A DNA stretch of 64,000 nucleotides, taken from the NCBI GenBank assembly GCA_017434855.1, contig JAFRUA010000067.1:1618-65617 (forward strand). Reading direction: 5' to 3'. Source of the stretch: Clostridia bacterium (lineage in GTDB: Bacteria; Bacillota; Clostridia; Oscillospirales; Acutalibacteraceae). Below, piece by piece: positions 1-8,740 of the stretch (the first letter of the stretch is position 1; every line of letters starts with the position of its first letter). Made by a program: the position numbers and the translations under genes. The notes below the pieces were generated by a model that was given only the letters and a program-made list of their open reading frames with translations, was not told the origin of the DNA and did not search any database.

Positions 1-2
1 GG

Positions 3-1631
3 ACTGGTGCAACGGTCTATGCGATCGGCATGGATATGTTCAACGACGCGGCAGCGAAAAGCTCCATCACGGGCTTTGCAACCGCTGATCCGTATTTTTA
101 CGGCGGCAATGTTGCCAACGCATTCTTCACCTACGGACAGGAAGCGCTTGAGGATGTGCTCGGCATCATCAAAAAGAGCATGTACAGCATCTATCCGTCC
201 GGAACGCTGACCGATCAGATCGGCCCGGATTTTGAACTGATCACCGATGCACAGCACCCGATCACGATCGGTGACGCTGTGTTTGCCGATGCCGGCGCGC
301 GTGCCGCAGGCTACAACGCGGACACTGCGACGTTCACCTGGGAAACGACGGAGCTGTCGGAACAGACCTACAGCTTTTATGTGAAGCCCAAAGAGCTGAA
401 AGCCGGCGCCTTCCTGACCAATGCGGACGCCGAAATCGACGGGGAACCGACCACCGGCGCAACGCTGCAGTATTATGCCGTTTCGGTCTTGGATAACACG
501 CCTGTGATGGCAGACACCCTGACGGAGATCCAACTGCCGTCCCCGGAGATCACCATGCGTCGTCCGTATCAGGTGCGGTATGTGTACGTCGGCGACGTTC
601 CGGCAGAAGCGGAATCGATGCTGCCGGCGCAGGAGAGCTATTTTAACGGCGACGATGTGGAAGTGGCGCCGTCGCTGCCCACGCTGAACGGCTTTGCGTT
701 TTCCGGCTGGAGCAATGAAGAAGGCGCCGCCACGCTGACCGACGACGGAAAGATGCCGGCGTCTGACGTGGTCTTTCTCGGGTCCTGGGTGCCCGCCGCC
801 ACCTATACCGTACATTATCAATATGAGGGTCCCATCATTCCCGCAGACGCGCAGGCGCTGCTGCCCGGGTCGGAATACCACTGCGCCGGTGAAAATGTGG
901 AGATCGCGCAGGATCCGTCGGTCAACGATTATGTGTTCTCCGGGTGGAAATACAAAGCGAATTCTCCACATCTGGTGAATGACACGACGATGCCGGCCGA
1001 CGACGTCACACTTGTCGGCGAATGGATTTCTGTCCAGACCTATCCGGTCCGCTATGAATTTGTGGGTGACGTTCCTGCCGGCGCGGCGGATTTGCTGCCC
1101 GCGTCAGAGCAGCATCACGGGGGCGACCATGTGACGCCCGCGGCTTACCCATCGCTGAAGGGCTATACGTTCAAGGGCTGGAAGCTGGTTGACGCCGAAG
1201 AGATCTGCACCGAGTTCACCATGCCCGAAAACGAAGTGGTCCTTGTTGGCTCGTTTGAAAGAATCGTTTATACGGGCACGCGCAGAATCGTGTTCTATGC
1301 GCCCGACAGGGTGGCGTTCCAGATCGAGGGCCTCGGTTACATCATCGACAGCGAAACACTCACGTTTGACGCAAACAAGACGGTGCGTTTCAAGCCCATC
1401 TCAGACTACGGCGATTTCACGTCTTTGGTTTATATCAATGAAGAATTCGTCACGCCGGACGAAAACGGATGGTACACTATTGATCCCGGCCCCGAGTATG
1501 TCTTTGTCTCGGTCTCACCCGGATATGTCAATGAAGAAACAGGAAAGAGCTATTCCTTGTGGGAGATGCTTTACAATTTCGTGCGGACACTTTTCAAAGC
1601 CATCAAAAAATTCTTTACGGAGAAAGCCTGA
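3..1631 (+). CDS. Secreted/surface repeat protein, 5'-truncated by the window edge. Carries SHIRT-like repeats and an aromatic amphipathic C-terminal tail.
   Basis: The frame is open from nt 3 with no stop upstream of the listed ATG at 30, so the gene probably begins outside the window. It has three ~75-aa repeats of the form Y.V.Y.(F/Y)(V/E)G..P.....LLP......G..V......(G/D)(F/Y).F.GW......MP...V.LVG.W. It ends in LWEMLYNFVRTLFKAIKKFFTEKA. Confidence 0.7.
   Translation, partial: TGATVYAIGMDMFNDAAAKSSITGFATADPYFYGGNVANAFFTYGQEALEDVLGIIKKSMYSIYPSGTLTDQIGPDFELITDAQHPITIGDAVFADAGARAAGYNADTATFTWETTELSEQTYSFYVKPKELKAGAFLTNADAEIDGEPTTGATLQYYAVSVLDNTPVMADTLTEIQLPSPEITMRRPYQVRYVYVGDVPAEAESMLPAQESYFNGDDVEVAPSLPTLNGFAFSGWSNEEGAATLTDDGKMPASDVVFLGSWVPAATYTVHYQYEGPIIPADAQALLPGSEYHCAGENVEIAQDPSVNDYVFSGWKYKANSPHLVNDTTMPADDVTLVGEWISVQTYPVRYEFVGDVPAGAADLLPASEQHHGGDHVTPAAYPSLKGYTFKGWKLVDAEEICTEFTMPENEVVLVGSFERIVYTGTRRIVFYAPDRVAFQIEGLGYIIDSETLTFDANKTVRFKPISDYGDFTSLVYINEEFVTPDENGWYTIDPGPEYVFVSVSPGYVNEETGKSYSLWEMLYNFVRTLFKAIKKFFTEKA
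566..1260 (+). repeat. Three tandem SHIRT-like / Listeria-Bacteroides-type coding repeats
   Basis: The three units begin YQVRYVYVGDVPAEAESMLPA...GFAFSGW, YTVHYQYEGPIIPADAQALLPG...YVFSGWKY and YPVRYEFVGDVPAGAADLLPA...GYTFKGWK. Family assignment is from memory of the SHIRT consensus (Y.V.Y.FV...LP......G..V.P.....G..F.GW). Confidence 0.55.
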
Positions 1632-1730
1632 TTTTCCCGGGAAAAGGCAGCCGCAAAAAGCTGCATAAGAATAAAAGATGCGCATGCAATGGATCATACA
1701 AAAAGCTCATAACTGATCTGTGCATTCGAC

Positions 1731-1784
1731 AAACCTCCTTGCATTTGGTACAATCAAACGACCAAATTCAAGGAGGTTTTCTTT
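1731..1784 (+). terminator. Strong hairpin followed by a T-rich tract. Likely intrinsic terminator of the first gene.
   Basis: AAACCTCCTTG(C)ATTTGGT (1731-1749) pairs with ACCAAAT(T)CAAGGAGGTTT (1761-1779). That is 11+7 bp with one mismatch and an 11-nt loop, followed by TTTTCTTT. Confidence 0.55.
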
Positions 1785-1980
1785 ATAAAAAAGCACATTT
1801 ACAATGAACAAAACGGGTTACACGATACACTTCACGGCGACGTCTATCTGCCGGAATGGGCGGTGTTGAAGGATGAGCATCTGCCCATCGGTAAAATTCG
1901 GCAGGATGCGCCGGATATATCGAAAGGAGCAGTTCCCGGCCCACCATAACCGGATAGTTTGGCAGGACACGCTTCGCCCA
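1785..1980 (+). pseudogene. Remnant of a TnpV-like (transposon-associated) gene. It has lost its start codon, is frameshifted and is 3'-truncated.
   Basis: Frame 3 reads (I)KKHIYNEQNGLHDTLHGDVYLPEWAVLKDEHLPIGK. After one extra A in GGTAAAATTC the +1 frame continues FGRMRRIYRKEQFPAHHNRIVWQDTL. This fits the TnpV N-terminal pattern GD.YLP......E..PIG..G..R..Y.KE..P as I recall it. ATA sits where ATG is expected, 8 nt after AAGGAGG. The 3' end runs into the kinase gene on the other strand. Confidence 0.35.
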
Positions 1981-1982
1981 GT

Positions 1983-3356
1983 TTATAATTCTGTTTCGTT
2001 CAGCAGCACCGACGCGGTGAACACGCCGTTTTCAAACAAAAACGAGCAGGCGCCTTCATAACGCGCTGCAATGCTGCGCACGGAGGCAATGCCGATGCCG
2101 TCGCCTTTGTGCTTGGTGGAGCGGAAGGTGCCGTCCTCGCGCACCTGCGGTTCGGTGCCGCAGCTGTTCTCAATGATGATCGCCAGTGCGGTGCCGCCGC
2201 CCGGCAATTTTTTTGTGCTTCCGGTGATGCGGATAAACGCGCCGGATTCCACATACGCGCAGGCTTCCATCGCGTTTTCCAAAAGGTTGCCGAGCAGCAC
2301 GGTCAGGTCTGCTTTTTCCACAAACAACAGCGCGGGAATGTCCAGCTTGGCGGTATAATCGACGCCCTTTGCCGCTGCCTGATCTGCAAAATACGAGATC
2401 ATGGCGTTGCACGTTTCGTTGTCGCAATATGCCAGCGGGTGCTCCAGCGATTCCAGACTCGGATAACCGGCAAGCAGCTCGTCCAGCGCATGGTAATCTT
2501 CGTTTTCACGGATACTTTTTAACAGGATGATGTGGTGGCGCAGGTCATGGCGCGTTTGCCGCACCTCGTCGATCCGCTGCTGCAGATTGCTGTACTGCAT
2601 TTTTTGAATGGACAGGGCGTGGTTTTCCGCCTGAAGCTGCACATTGCGCTGCTGCAGCGCAACAAGCCGGATGATGAGCCGATAGATCAGAATGGAGCCA
2701 AGATCGACCAGCAGCAGATACCCGGTACTCAGCGGGTCGAGCGCGGTTTCCAGCGTGGATTTGCCGGAGGTGTAAAAGTGCTGGGTCCATATCAGATAGA
2801 ACACAGCGGGGATCAGCCAGAGGTAGCGCCACATATAGCCGGGGGAGGAAGTGTCGGCGCTTTTGACGGGAGCTTCAGGGTCGGAAGCGATGTCTTTGAA
2901 GATCAAAAGATAAAACACCGGAAGCAGAATACACAGAACGGCGAACATCATCAGCGCATAGGTCCAGTGATAAAGAAGCTGCGCCGAATCGCCGAACAGC
3001 AGCCCCTCCAGACATTTTGCCACCATGATCACAAGGTTGCCGAGGTTCATCAGCACCAGCACCGTGAAGACCAGCTTGCCCACCGGTTCGCGGATGGCAA
3101 GGAAGATGAATGCAATGTAGAGCAGCGAAAACGCAATGTCAAACAATGGGTTCCCCGGCGTTTGAGAAAACAGCCGCCATGCGGTGCCCGTGGTGATCAG
3201 CACCGTCACCAGCGCCAGCAGGGAAAATGTCGCCGGCTTTCCAAAGCGCCAGCGTTTCCGAAAAGAGAACAGCACAAGAACCATATAGGGGAACGAATTG
3301 AGAAAAGCGTAAAGCAGCGTTTCCCAAACATAAAACGGCGCGTCTGCAGTGGGCAT
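1983..3356 (-). CDS. Membrane sensor histidine kinase, AgrC-like (GHKL/HATPase_c_5 type), partner of a LytTR regulator
   Basis: The N-terminal half is polytopic and hydrophobic. It has a phospho-His region (RQTRHDLRHHIILLKS) and an ATPase region (LLGNLLENAMEA ... IIIENSC ... KGDGIGIASVRSIAARY). The start is set at the second Met (MPTADAPF), which follows AAGGAGG by 8 nt. The ORF track starts 24 nt earlier at 3380. Confidence 0.85.
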   Translation of the reverse strand: MPTADAPFYVWETLLYAFLNSFPYMVLVLFSFRKRWRFGKPATFSLLALVTVLITTGTAWRLFSQTPGNPLFDIAFSLLYIAFIFLAIREPVGKLVFTVLVLMNLGNLVIMVAKCLEGLLFGDSAQLLYHWTYALMMFAVLCILLPVFYLLIFKDIASDPEAPVKSADTSSPGYMWRYLWLIPAVFYLIWTQHFYTSGKSTLETALDPLSTGYLLLVDLGSILIYRLIIRLVALQQRNVQLQAENHALSIQKMQYSNLQQRIDEVRQTRHDLRHHIILLKSIRENEDYHALDELLAGYPSLESLEHPLAYCDNETCNAMISYFADQAAAKGVDYTAKLDIPALLFVEKADLTVLLGNLLENAMEACAYVESGAFIRITGSTKKLPGGGTALAIIIENSCGTEPQVREDGTFRSTKHKGDGIGIASVRSIAARYEGACSFLFENGVFTASVLLNETEL

Positions 3357-3671
3357 TCGCAGCACCTCCTTCGGAATCATGGATTTATTCTAATGGAAAG
3401 GCCATATAAAATCAAGGTGTTTTGTGAAAATTGCTTCGCAAAAAAAGCACTGAAAAAAATTCGTGCATAAAAACCGACTTTTGGTGCACGATTTGACACA
3501 AACGGAAATTTTTATGATATAGTTAAAAAAAATCCAAAAAGGGGTTGACAAGTCGATGCAGGTCTGCGATACATGTATGTATGTATGTATTCTTATGCAT
3601 ATAAATAGACGCTCGCAGGCAGCATTGAGACACAGACAATCTCTGCCCTTTTTGCAAGCAATTTGAAATTC

Positions 3672-3720
3672 CAACCGTAACGCGGAGGCGAACTCTGCGC
3701 TGCGGTTGCTTTTTGTTTTT
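3672..3720 (+). terminator. Terminator-like hairpin (possible attenuator) in the leader of the response-regulator gene
   Basis: CAACCGTAACGC (3672-3683) pairs with GCGCTGCGGTTG (3697-3708) over 12 positions with one mismatch and one G-U pair. The loop is 13 nt and is followed by CTTTTTGTTTTT. Confidence 0.4.
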
Positions 3721-3762
3721 GGATAAAACCAAAGAACAGTAAACCGTAACGGAGGTGGAACG

Positions 3763-4464
3763 ATGCGCGTCGGGATTTGCGACGATAACGCGGCGGACGC
3801 GAAAAAAATCGCGTTTGCCCTGGAAGACGTCAGCGCCGATTTGGAGCTCGTCTGCTATGACACCGGCGCCGCGCTGCTGGATGCGGTCAAGGGCGGCGCT
3901 GTCTTTGATCTTGTGTTCCTCGATATTTTTCTGGCGCGGGAAAACGGCATGGAGCTTGCCGAAGCGCTGCGGCAGATCAGTCCCGACACCGACCTGGTTT
4001 TCAGCACGACCAGCCGCGATTTCGCAGTGGAGGCCTTTCGGGTGCAGGCTGCGGATTATCTGGTCAAGCCCTACGCGGAGCGCGACGTGGTGAACGCCTT
4101 TGCGCGGGTCGTTATGAAGCGGAAGAACCAAAAGCCGGACGGCGTGCTTTTGCAAGTGGGCAGGGAGCTGCGATTTTTCCGGCCGGATGAAATCGTCCGC
4201 ATCGAGAGCGACCGGCACTATACCCGCCTGCTTGCCGCAAACGGCACAGAGACGCGGCTGCATCTGAACTACTCCGAGGTTGTTTCCCGCTTCCCGAAAA
4301 CGTTTTTGGAGCTGCGCCGCGGCATCACCGTCAACATGGCATTCATCGGCGGAATCAAGGGCAATCTTGTCACGCTGACGGACGGGAGCACCTGCAACAT
4401 TCCGAAATCCAAGCTCGACCGTGTGGTCGGCAGCTACACGCGCTATGTGACCGGCGCGAGATAA
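3763..4464 (+). CDS. LytTR-family response regulator (REC + LytTR DNA-binding domain)
   Basis: The receiver domain shows ICDDN ... DLVFLDIF ... DYLVKP. The C-terminal LytTR-like region shows IVRIESDRHYTRLL...LNYSEV. GGAGG lies 8 nt upstream of the ATG. Confidence 0.9.
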   Translation: MRVGICDDNAADAKKIAFALEDVSADLELVCYDTGAALLDAVKGGAVFDLVFLDIFLARENGMELAEALRQISPDTDLVFSTTSRDFAVEAFRVQAADYLVKPYAERDVVNAFARVVMKRKNQKPDGVLLQVGRELRFFRPDEIVRIESDRHYTRLLAANGTETRLHLNYSEVVSRFPKTFLELRRGITVNMAFIGGIKGNLVTLTDGSTCNIPKSKLDRVVGSYTRYVTGAR

Positions 4465-4498
4465 ACTTGTTTATTTATTTTCTGAAGGAGGATCACAT

Positions 4499-7400
4499 AT
4501 GAAACGAAAAATCAGACGATCGATCAGCATCCTGCTGGCGCTGCTCATGTTTGCCGGTGTGCTGCCAATTTCGGTTTCCGCAGAGGCCGCCGACACAAAC
4601 GTCGGCACCACCTTTAACTTCGGGACCTATCCGCAAACGCTGGTGACAAGCCGCTGGAAGATCGACCGGCTCCGAAACTGCAGCGGCGTTCGCGACGGGC
4701 TGGAATTCTACTTTGGCACGGGATCGCTTTCAGACGGCGAAATGAAGCCCATCGTCAAGGGATATTACTATGATTTTTTTGACGACGGAAAAAAGTACCG
4801 CGCCGTCTGGATGTCTGAATTTGCCCCGGCGTATACCGGCTTCCCCCGCGATCCGGAAAAGACGGAGGTGGTCTCCGGGTTTCAAACGAACGAGCTCTAC
4901 TTTTTTGAATATACGCCTTTGACCTGGCGCGTTGTGCAGTCGGATAGCAACGGGTCGCTTTGCATGTGTGAAAACGTGATTGACACGTCGGCGTTCCAAA
5001 ACGTCGTTTATCGGCGGCAGGACGGTGTCTCATATATCGATAAGAACTCCAACCTTCTGGCAAACAGCTATGTCGATTCCAACATATTAGGGAATCTTAT
5101 GACTCGGTTTTGGTTGACAGCATTCACAGAAGGCCAAAGAAACGCCCTGCGCCCTGCTCCGGAGGGATTTGGTTTTGTATCGCCGGACAGGATCTTCCTG
5201 CCGACCGCCGCAGTGGTCAAAAACTGCTATGACAGCGACGGCGCAAGAAGAGCGTACAGCACCGAATATGCAAGGTATTTCGGTGCCGAATCCGTCAGCG
5301 CGTATTGGCTCAGCACACCGGGTGAGGAATCGTCCCTTGCCCGCTATGTGAGCAAGCTGGGCGGCGCAGAGAATTCCGCCCATGTGACCAAAGCCACCTA
5401 CGGTGTGCGCCCGATGATTTATCTGTCCGATCCGTCAGACGATACGGCTATTTCAGCGTCGCTGTTTTCTTCCGTTGGGCACGAGAGCAGGCACTGCTAT
5501 TACAACGACGCCTCCTATTGGACTTGGGCGAGTGATTACACAAGCGCACGTGCGGAATTCCGTTGTGTCAACGGAGATGATTCCTTTTACGTGACCGACA
5601 CCGCGCCGCGGTGTGTCACAGTCTCACACCAGAGCTGCTCCACCGACGAAGTGATCAAATATCGGGCGACGGTGGAATTCCAAGGCGTGAAACATTCCGA
5701 CGATTCCGTACCGATCATCTTGCGGCCGGCCACCGGCGCGCACATCTTTACCGGGGACCCGACATGGGAATGGGCGAAGAACAAGAGCGGGGCGACCGCG
5801 ACGTTCATATGCTCCGTTTGCAATCAACCGTTCACCTTCACCGACTGCAATCCGCAGCAGCGGATCATCGACGAATTCCTGTTTTACGAGGCAACGGTTT
5901 CCGTGAACGGACAAACATACACGTCTTATTCGAGCTCTGTCGGCGATATTCTGTTTGGTACCTATCCGCAGACCCGCGTGACTGATTCCACCACTCTGGC
6001 CGCGCTGGACGCCTTTGTCGGTTCAAGCACCTTCGCTTCCAGAGGATTTGCATGGAAGGATTATGAGTATTACCGCAACAACCAGAAGGTTGAAAAAATG
6101 ATGGAGTTTGCGGACTTTTTCTATGGCGGCCAGAAATACAGGGCCGTCAGGATCAACAGCAACCGGGATCCGTTTTCTGACACAGAGCCTGCGCCGAGCG
6201 CGTCCACGCAGCTTCGTTTCGGCTACAATGCCGGCGAAACCTATTATTTCCTTTATGAACCGATCCCCTGGCACATTGTTGAAGCGAGCGACGGCTCTAA
6301 TTATATCGTGTCTGCGATCATGCTGGACGCGCAGCCGTTTACCAATACCCGCTACGTCGAAACCAATGAGTCATATTCCGACAGCGGCTGCGGCACCTAT
6401 GCCAGCAACTTTGCGCATTCCAGCCTTCGTTCCTGGCTCAACGATTCCTTCTATAACACCGCGTTCAGCGAAGCCCAGAAAGAGAACATCCGCGACGACG
6501 TTGCGGTGGACAACGACAGCGCATTTGAGGGAATGTACAACGCTGAATCGACGACAGACCAGATCTATTTGATGTCTGCACAAGAGGTGCAGGCGCACAG
6601 CGGAACCATTTCCTTCGTCGCGCCGATGACGGATTATGTCAAATGCCAGGGAATCAGCAACAACCGTATCAGTTTTGGCGGTGACCCCGAAACATGCGCG
6701 CTCTGGAGATTGCGTACACCGTATGATTCAAAGACCATGATGTCGGTCGATATGAACGGCGCGCTTTATACGGAGTTTCCGTATTATATGGGCGTTACGG
6801 ACAACGGCGGCATCTGCCCCGCTTGCCGGCTGGAAAATCTGGCGATTGACACCGAAGTCTCCGATGTGCTGTATTCTTCCGGTACCACCTGTCAGCACAA
6901 TTACATCGAAAACTGGACATGGGCGACGGATCACAGCAGCGCTGCGTTCACGCTGACCTGCACGGCTTGCGGCTATACGAAAACGAAGACGGACGACCAT
7001 CCGCAAACTGTGACCGTGTCGCAGCCGACCTGCAGAGACAATGGTGTTATCAAATACACCGCGACGGTCACCCTGAACGGAAAAACCTATACGACGCAAA
7101 GTGACCCGGTCGAGATTCCCGATTCCGCAAGCGGACTGCACACGGTCAGCGGTGCGCCGCGCTGGACGTGGGCAGCGGATTACAGCAGCGCCGAGGCGGT
7201 GTTCACCTGCGTTGTCTGCAACACGATCTTTACACGGACAGACATTTCGCCGCGCATCAACCTGATCCAACCCGCCACCGCCACACAGAACAAGGTGGTC
7301 ACCTATTCGGCGGAGGTCAGCTATTTGGACGTCACATATACGACAGAAAGCGAAGAGGTCACGGTCGATTGCTCCGCGCTCGGCCACAGCTTCGTGAACT

Positions 7401-8740
7401 ATGTCTATAACGGTGACGCGACCTGCACCGCCGACGGCACGGAAACCGCAACGTGCAGCCGCTGCGGCGAGGCAACAGATATCCGGACCGCAGCCGGCAC
7501 TGCGGGGCATGTGTTTGAAGAATACGTTTACAACAACGACGCGACCTGCACCGCCGACGGGACAGAAACCGCAACGTGCAGCCGCTGCGGCGCGACCGAC
7601 ACGCGCACCAGGCAGGACACCGCCTCGGGCCACAGCTTTACAAATTATGTCTATAACGGAGACGCGACCTGCACCGCTGACGGTACCGAGACCGCTGTCT
7701 GTGACCGCTGCGATGTGGAAACCGATACCCGCGTGAAGGCCGGTACCGCGTTGGGCCACAGCTTCACGAACTATGTCTATAACGGTGACGCGACCTGCAC
7801 CGCCGACGGTACCGAGACCGCTGTCTGTGACAACTGCGGTCAGGTGACAAACAGCCGCGTTAAGGACGGCAGCGCACTCGGCCACAGCTTCACGGACTAT
7901 GAATACAACAACAACGCGACCTGCACGGCAGACGGCACCGAAACCGCCGTCTGTGACCGCTGCGGCAACGAGACCGACGAACGTGTCAAAGCGGGCACCG
8001 CGCTTGGCCACAGCTTTACGGAGTATGTGTATCAGCAGGATGCGACCTGCACTGCCGATGGCACCGAGACGGCCGTTTGTGACCGCTGCGGCGAAGTGAC
8101 CGACACACGCACCAGAGTGGGCAGCGCGCTTGGCCACAGCTTTGCAATTGCGGATTATGTTTATAACAATGACGCAACCTGCACCGAAGACGGCACCCAG
8201 ACGGCGGTCTGCGACCGCTGCGGCGACGCGACCGACACCTGTGTAAAGCCCGGCACCGCACTTGGCCACAGCTTTACAACCTATGTTTACAACGGCGACG
8301 CGACCTGCACGGCGGATGGCACCCGGACGGCGGTCTGTGACCGCTGCGGCAGCGCGACCGACACCAAAGACTGCCCGGGCACCGCGACTGGCCACAGTTA
8401 TGCGCTGCACGGCTGGAACTGGTCTGAGCATTATGACCGCGCAACCGCAAACTTTGTCTGCGCCGCCTGCGGCGATCAGCAAACGGTGACCGATGCCGCG
8501 CCCGTTGCGGTGCAGTTGAAGGCGGCCACGGAAACGGCGGATCAGGTTGTAAAGTATGTCGCGGTCGTTGTGTTTGAAGGGAAGACATACACCGGTGAAA
8601 CCGACCCGGTCACAGTTTCGGGCACCGTGATCCTTTGCCCGTGGGACCATGTGAACCATGGCAGCAGCTTTTTCGGAAAGCTTGTCCGGTTCTTCCACGG
8701 CATCCTTTACTTCTTTACGCATCTGCAGGCGCAGTTTTAA
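4499..8740 (+). CDS. Large secreted modular protein (1413 aa). Order of parts: signal peptide, 2x FGTYPQT-type domain (DUF6273-like), 5x W.W...C..C modules, 8x tandem H/C3 repeats, aromatic C-terminal tail.
   Basis: Signal peptide is MKRKIRRSISILLALLMFAGVLPISVSAEA. A duplicated large domain begins F(N/L)FGTYPQT at about aa 38 and 483. The repeats are described separately below. Strong SD (GAAGGAGG). Only 34 nt separate it from the regulator gene. Confidence 0.85.
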   Translation: MKRKIRRSISILLALLMFAGVLPISVSAEAADTNVGTTFNFGTYPQTLVTSRWKIDRLRNCSGVRDGLEFYFGTGSLSDGEMKPIVKGYYYDFFDDGKKYRAVWMSEFAPAYTGFPRDPEKTEVVSGFQTNELYFFEYTPLTWRVVQSDSNGSLCMCENVIDTSAFQNVVYRRQDGVSYIDKNSNLLANSYVDSNILGNLMTRFWLTAFTEGQRNALRPAPEGFGFVSPDRIFLPTAAVVKNCYDSDGARRAYSTEYARYFGAESVSAYWLSTPGEESSLARYVSKLGGAENSAHVTKATYGVRPMIYLSDPSDDTAISASLFSSVGHESRHCYYNDASYWTWASDYTSARAEFRCVNGDDSFYVTDTAPRCVTVSHQSCSTDEVIKYRATVEFQGVKHSDDSVPIILRPATGAHIFTGDPTWEWAKNKSGATATFICSVCNQPFTFTDCNPQQRIIDEFLFYEATVSVNGQTYTSYSSSVGDILFGTYPQTRVTDSTTLAALDAFVGSSTFASRGFAWKDYEYYRNNQKVEKMMEFADFFYGGQKYRAVRINSNRDPFSDTEPAPSASTQLRFGYNAGETYYFLYEPIPWHIVEASDGSNYIVSAIMLDAQPFTNTRYVETNESYSDSGCGTYASNFAHSSLRSWLNDSFYNTAFSEAQKENIRDDVAVDNDSAFEGMYNAESTTDQIYLMSAQEVQAHSGTISFVAPMTDYVKCQGISNNRISFGGDPETCALWRLRTPYDSKTMMSVDMNGALYTEFPYYMGVTDNGGICPACRLENLAIDTEVSDVLYSSGTTCQHNYIENWTWATDHSSAAFTLTCTACGYTKTKTDDHPQTVTVSQPTCRDNGVIKYTATVTLNGKTYTTQSDPVEIPDSASGLHTVSGAPRWTWAADYSSAEAVFTCVVCNTIFTRTDISPRINLIQPATATQNKVVTYSAEVSYLDVTYTTESEEVTVDCSALGHSFVNYVYNGDATCTADGTETATCSRCGEATDIRTAAGTAGHVFEEYVYNNDATCTADGTETATCSRCGATDTRTRQDTASGHSFTNYVYNGDATCTADGTETAVCDRCDVETDTRVKAGTALGHSFTNYVYNGDATCTADGTETAVCDNCGQVTNSRVKDGSALGHSFTDYEYNNNATCTADGTETAVCDRCGNETDERVKAGTALGHSFTEYVYQQDATCTADGTETAVCDRCGEVTDTRTRVGSALGHSFAIADYVYNNDATCTEDGTQTAVCDRCGDATDTCVKPGTALGHSFTTYVYNGDATCTADGTRTAVCDRCGSATDTKDCPGTATGHSYALHGWNWSEHYDRATANFVCAACGDQQTVTDAAPVAVQLKAATETADQVVKYVAVVVFEGKTYTGETDPVTVSGTVILCPWDHVNHGSSFFGKLVRFFHGILYFFTHLQAQF
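7382..8389 (+). repeat. Eight tandem in-frame coding repeats of 41-44 aa (123-132 bp)
   Basis: Unit consensus is GHSFTNYVYNGDATCTADGTETAVCDRCG.(V/A)TD.R.K.GTAL. The H-x12-C-x9-C-x2-C spacing is conserved in all units except unit 7, which has H-x14-C. Long stretches are identical at DNA level between units, for example GACGCGACCTGCACCGCCGACGG. Confidence 0.95.

Noticed and set aside
1634-1647. Perfect palindrome TTTTCCCGGGAAAA directly after the first gene's stop codon, and the NotI-type GCGGCCGC at 8759-8766
   Set aside because: These are short palindromes expected by chance in 64 kb. There is no flanking structure or repetition to suggest function.
3573-3590. (ATGT)4.5 microsatellite as a slipped-strand phase-variation tract
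   Set aside because: It has only about four units, which is short for efficient slippage, and it is not positioned between a convincing -35/-10 pair. It is kept only as part of the description of the control region.
7382-8389. Regular 123-132-bp repeats considered as a possible CRISPR-like or satellite array
   Set aside because: The repeats are contiguous without unique spacers and in frame, and they translate into a conserved Cys/His module inside a long ORF. They are coding tandem repeats.
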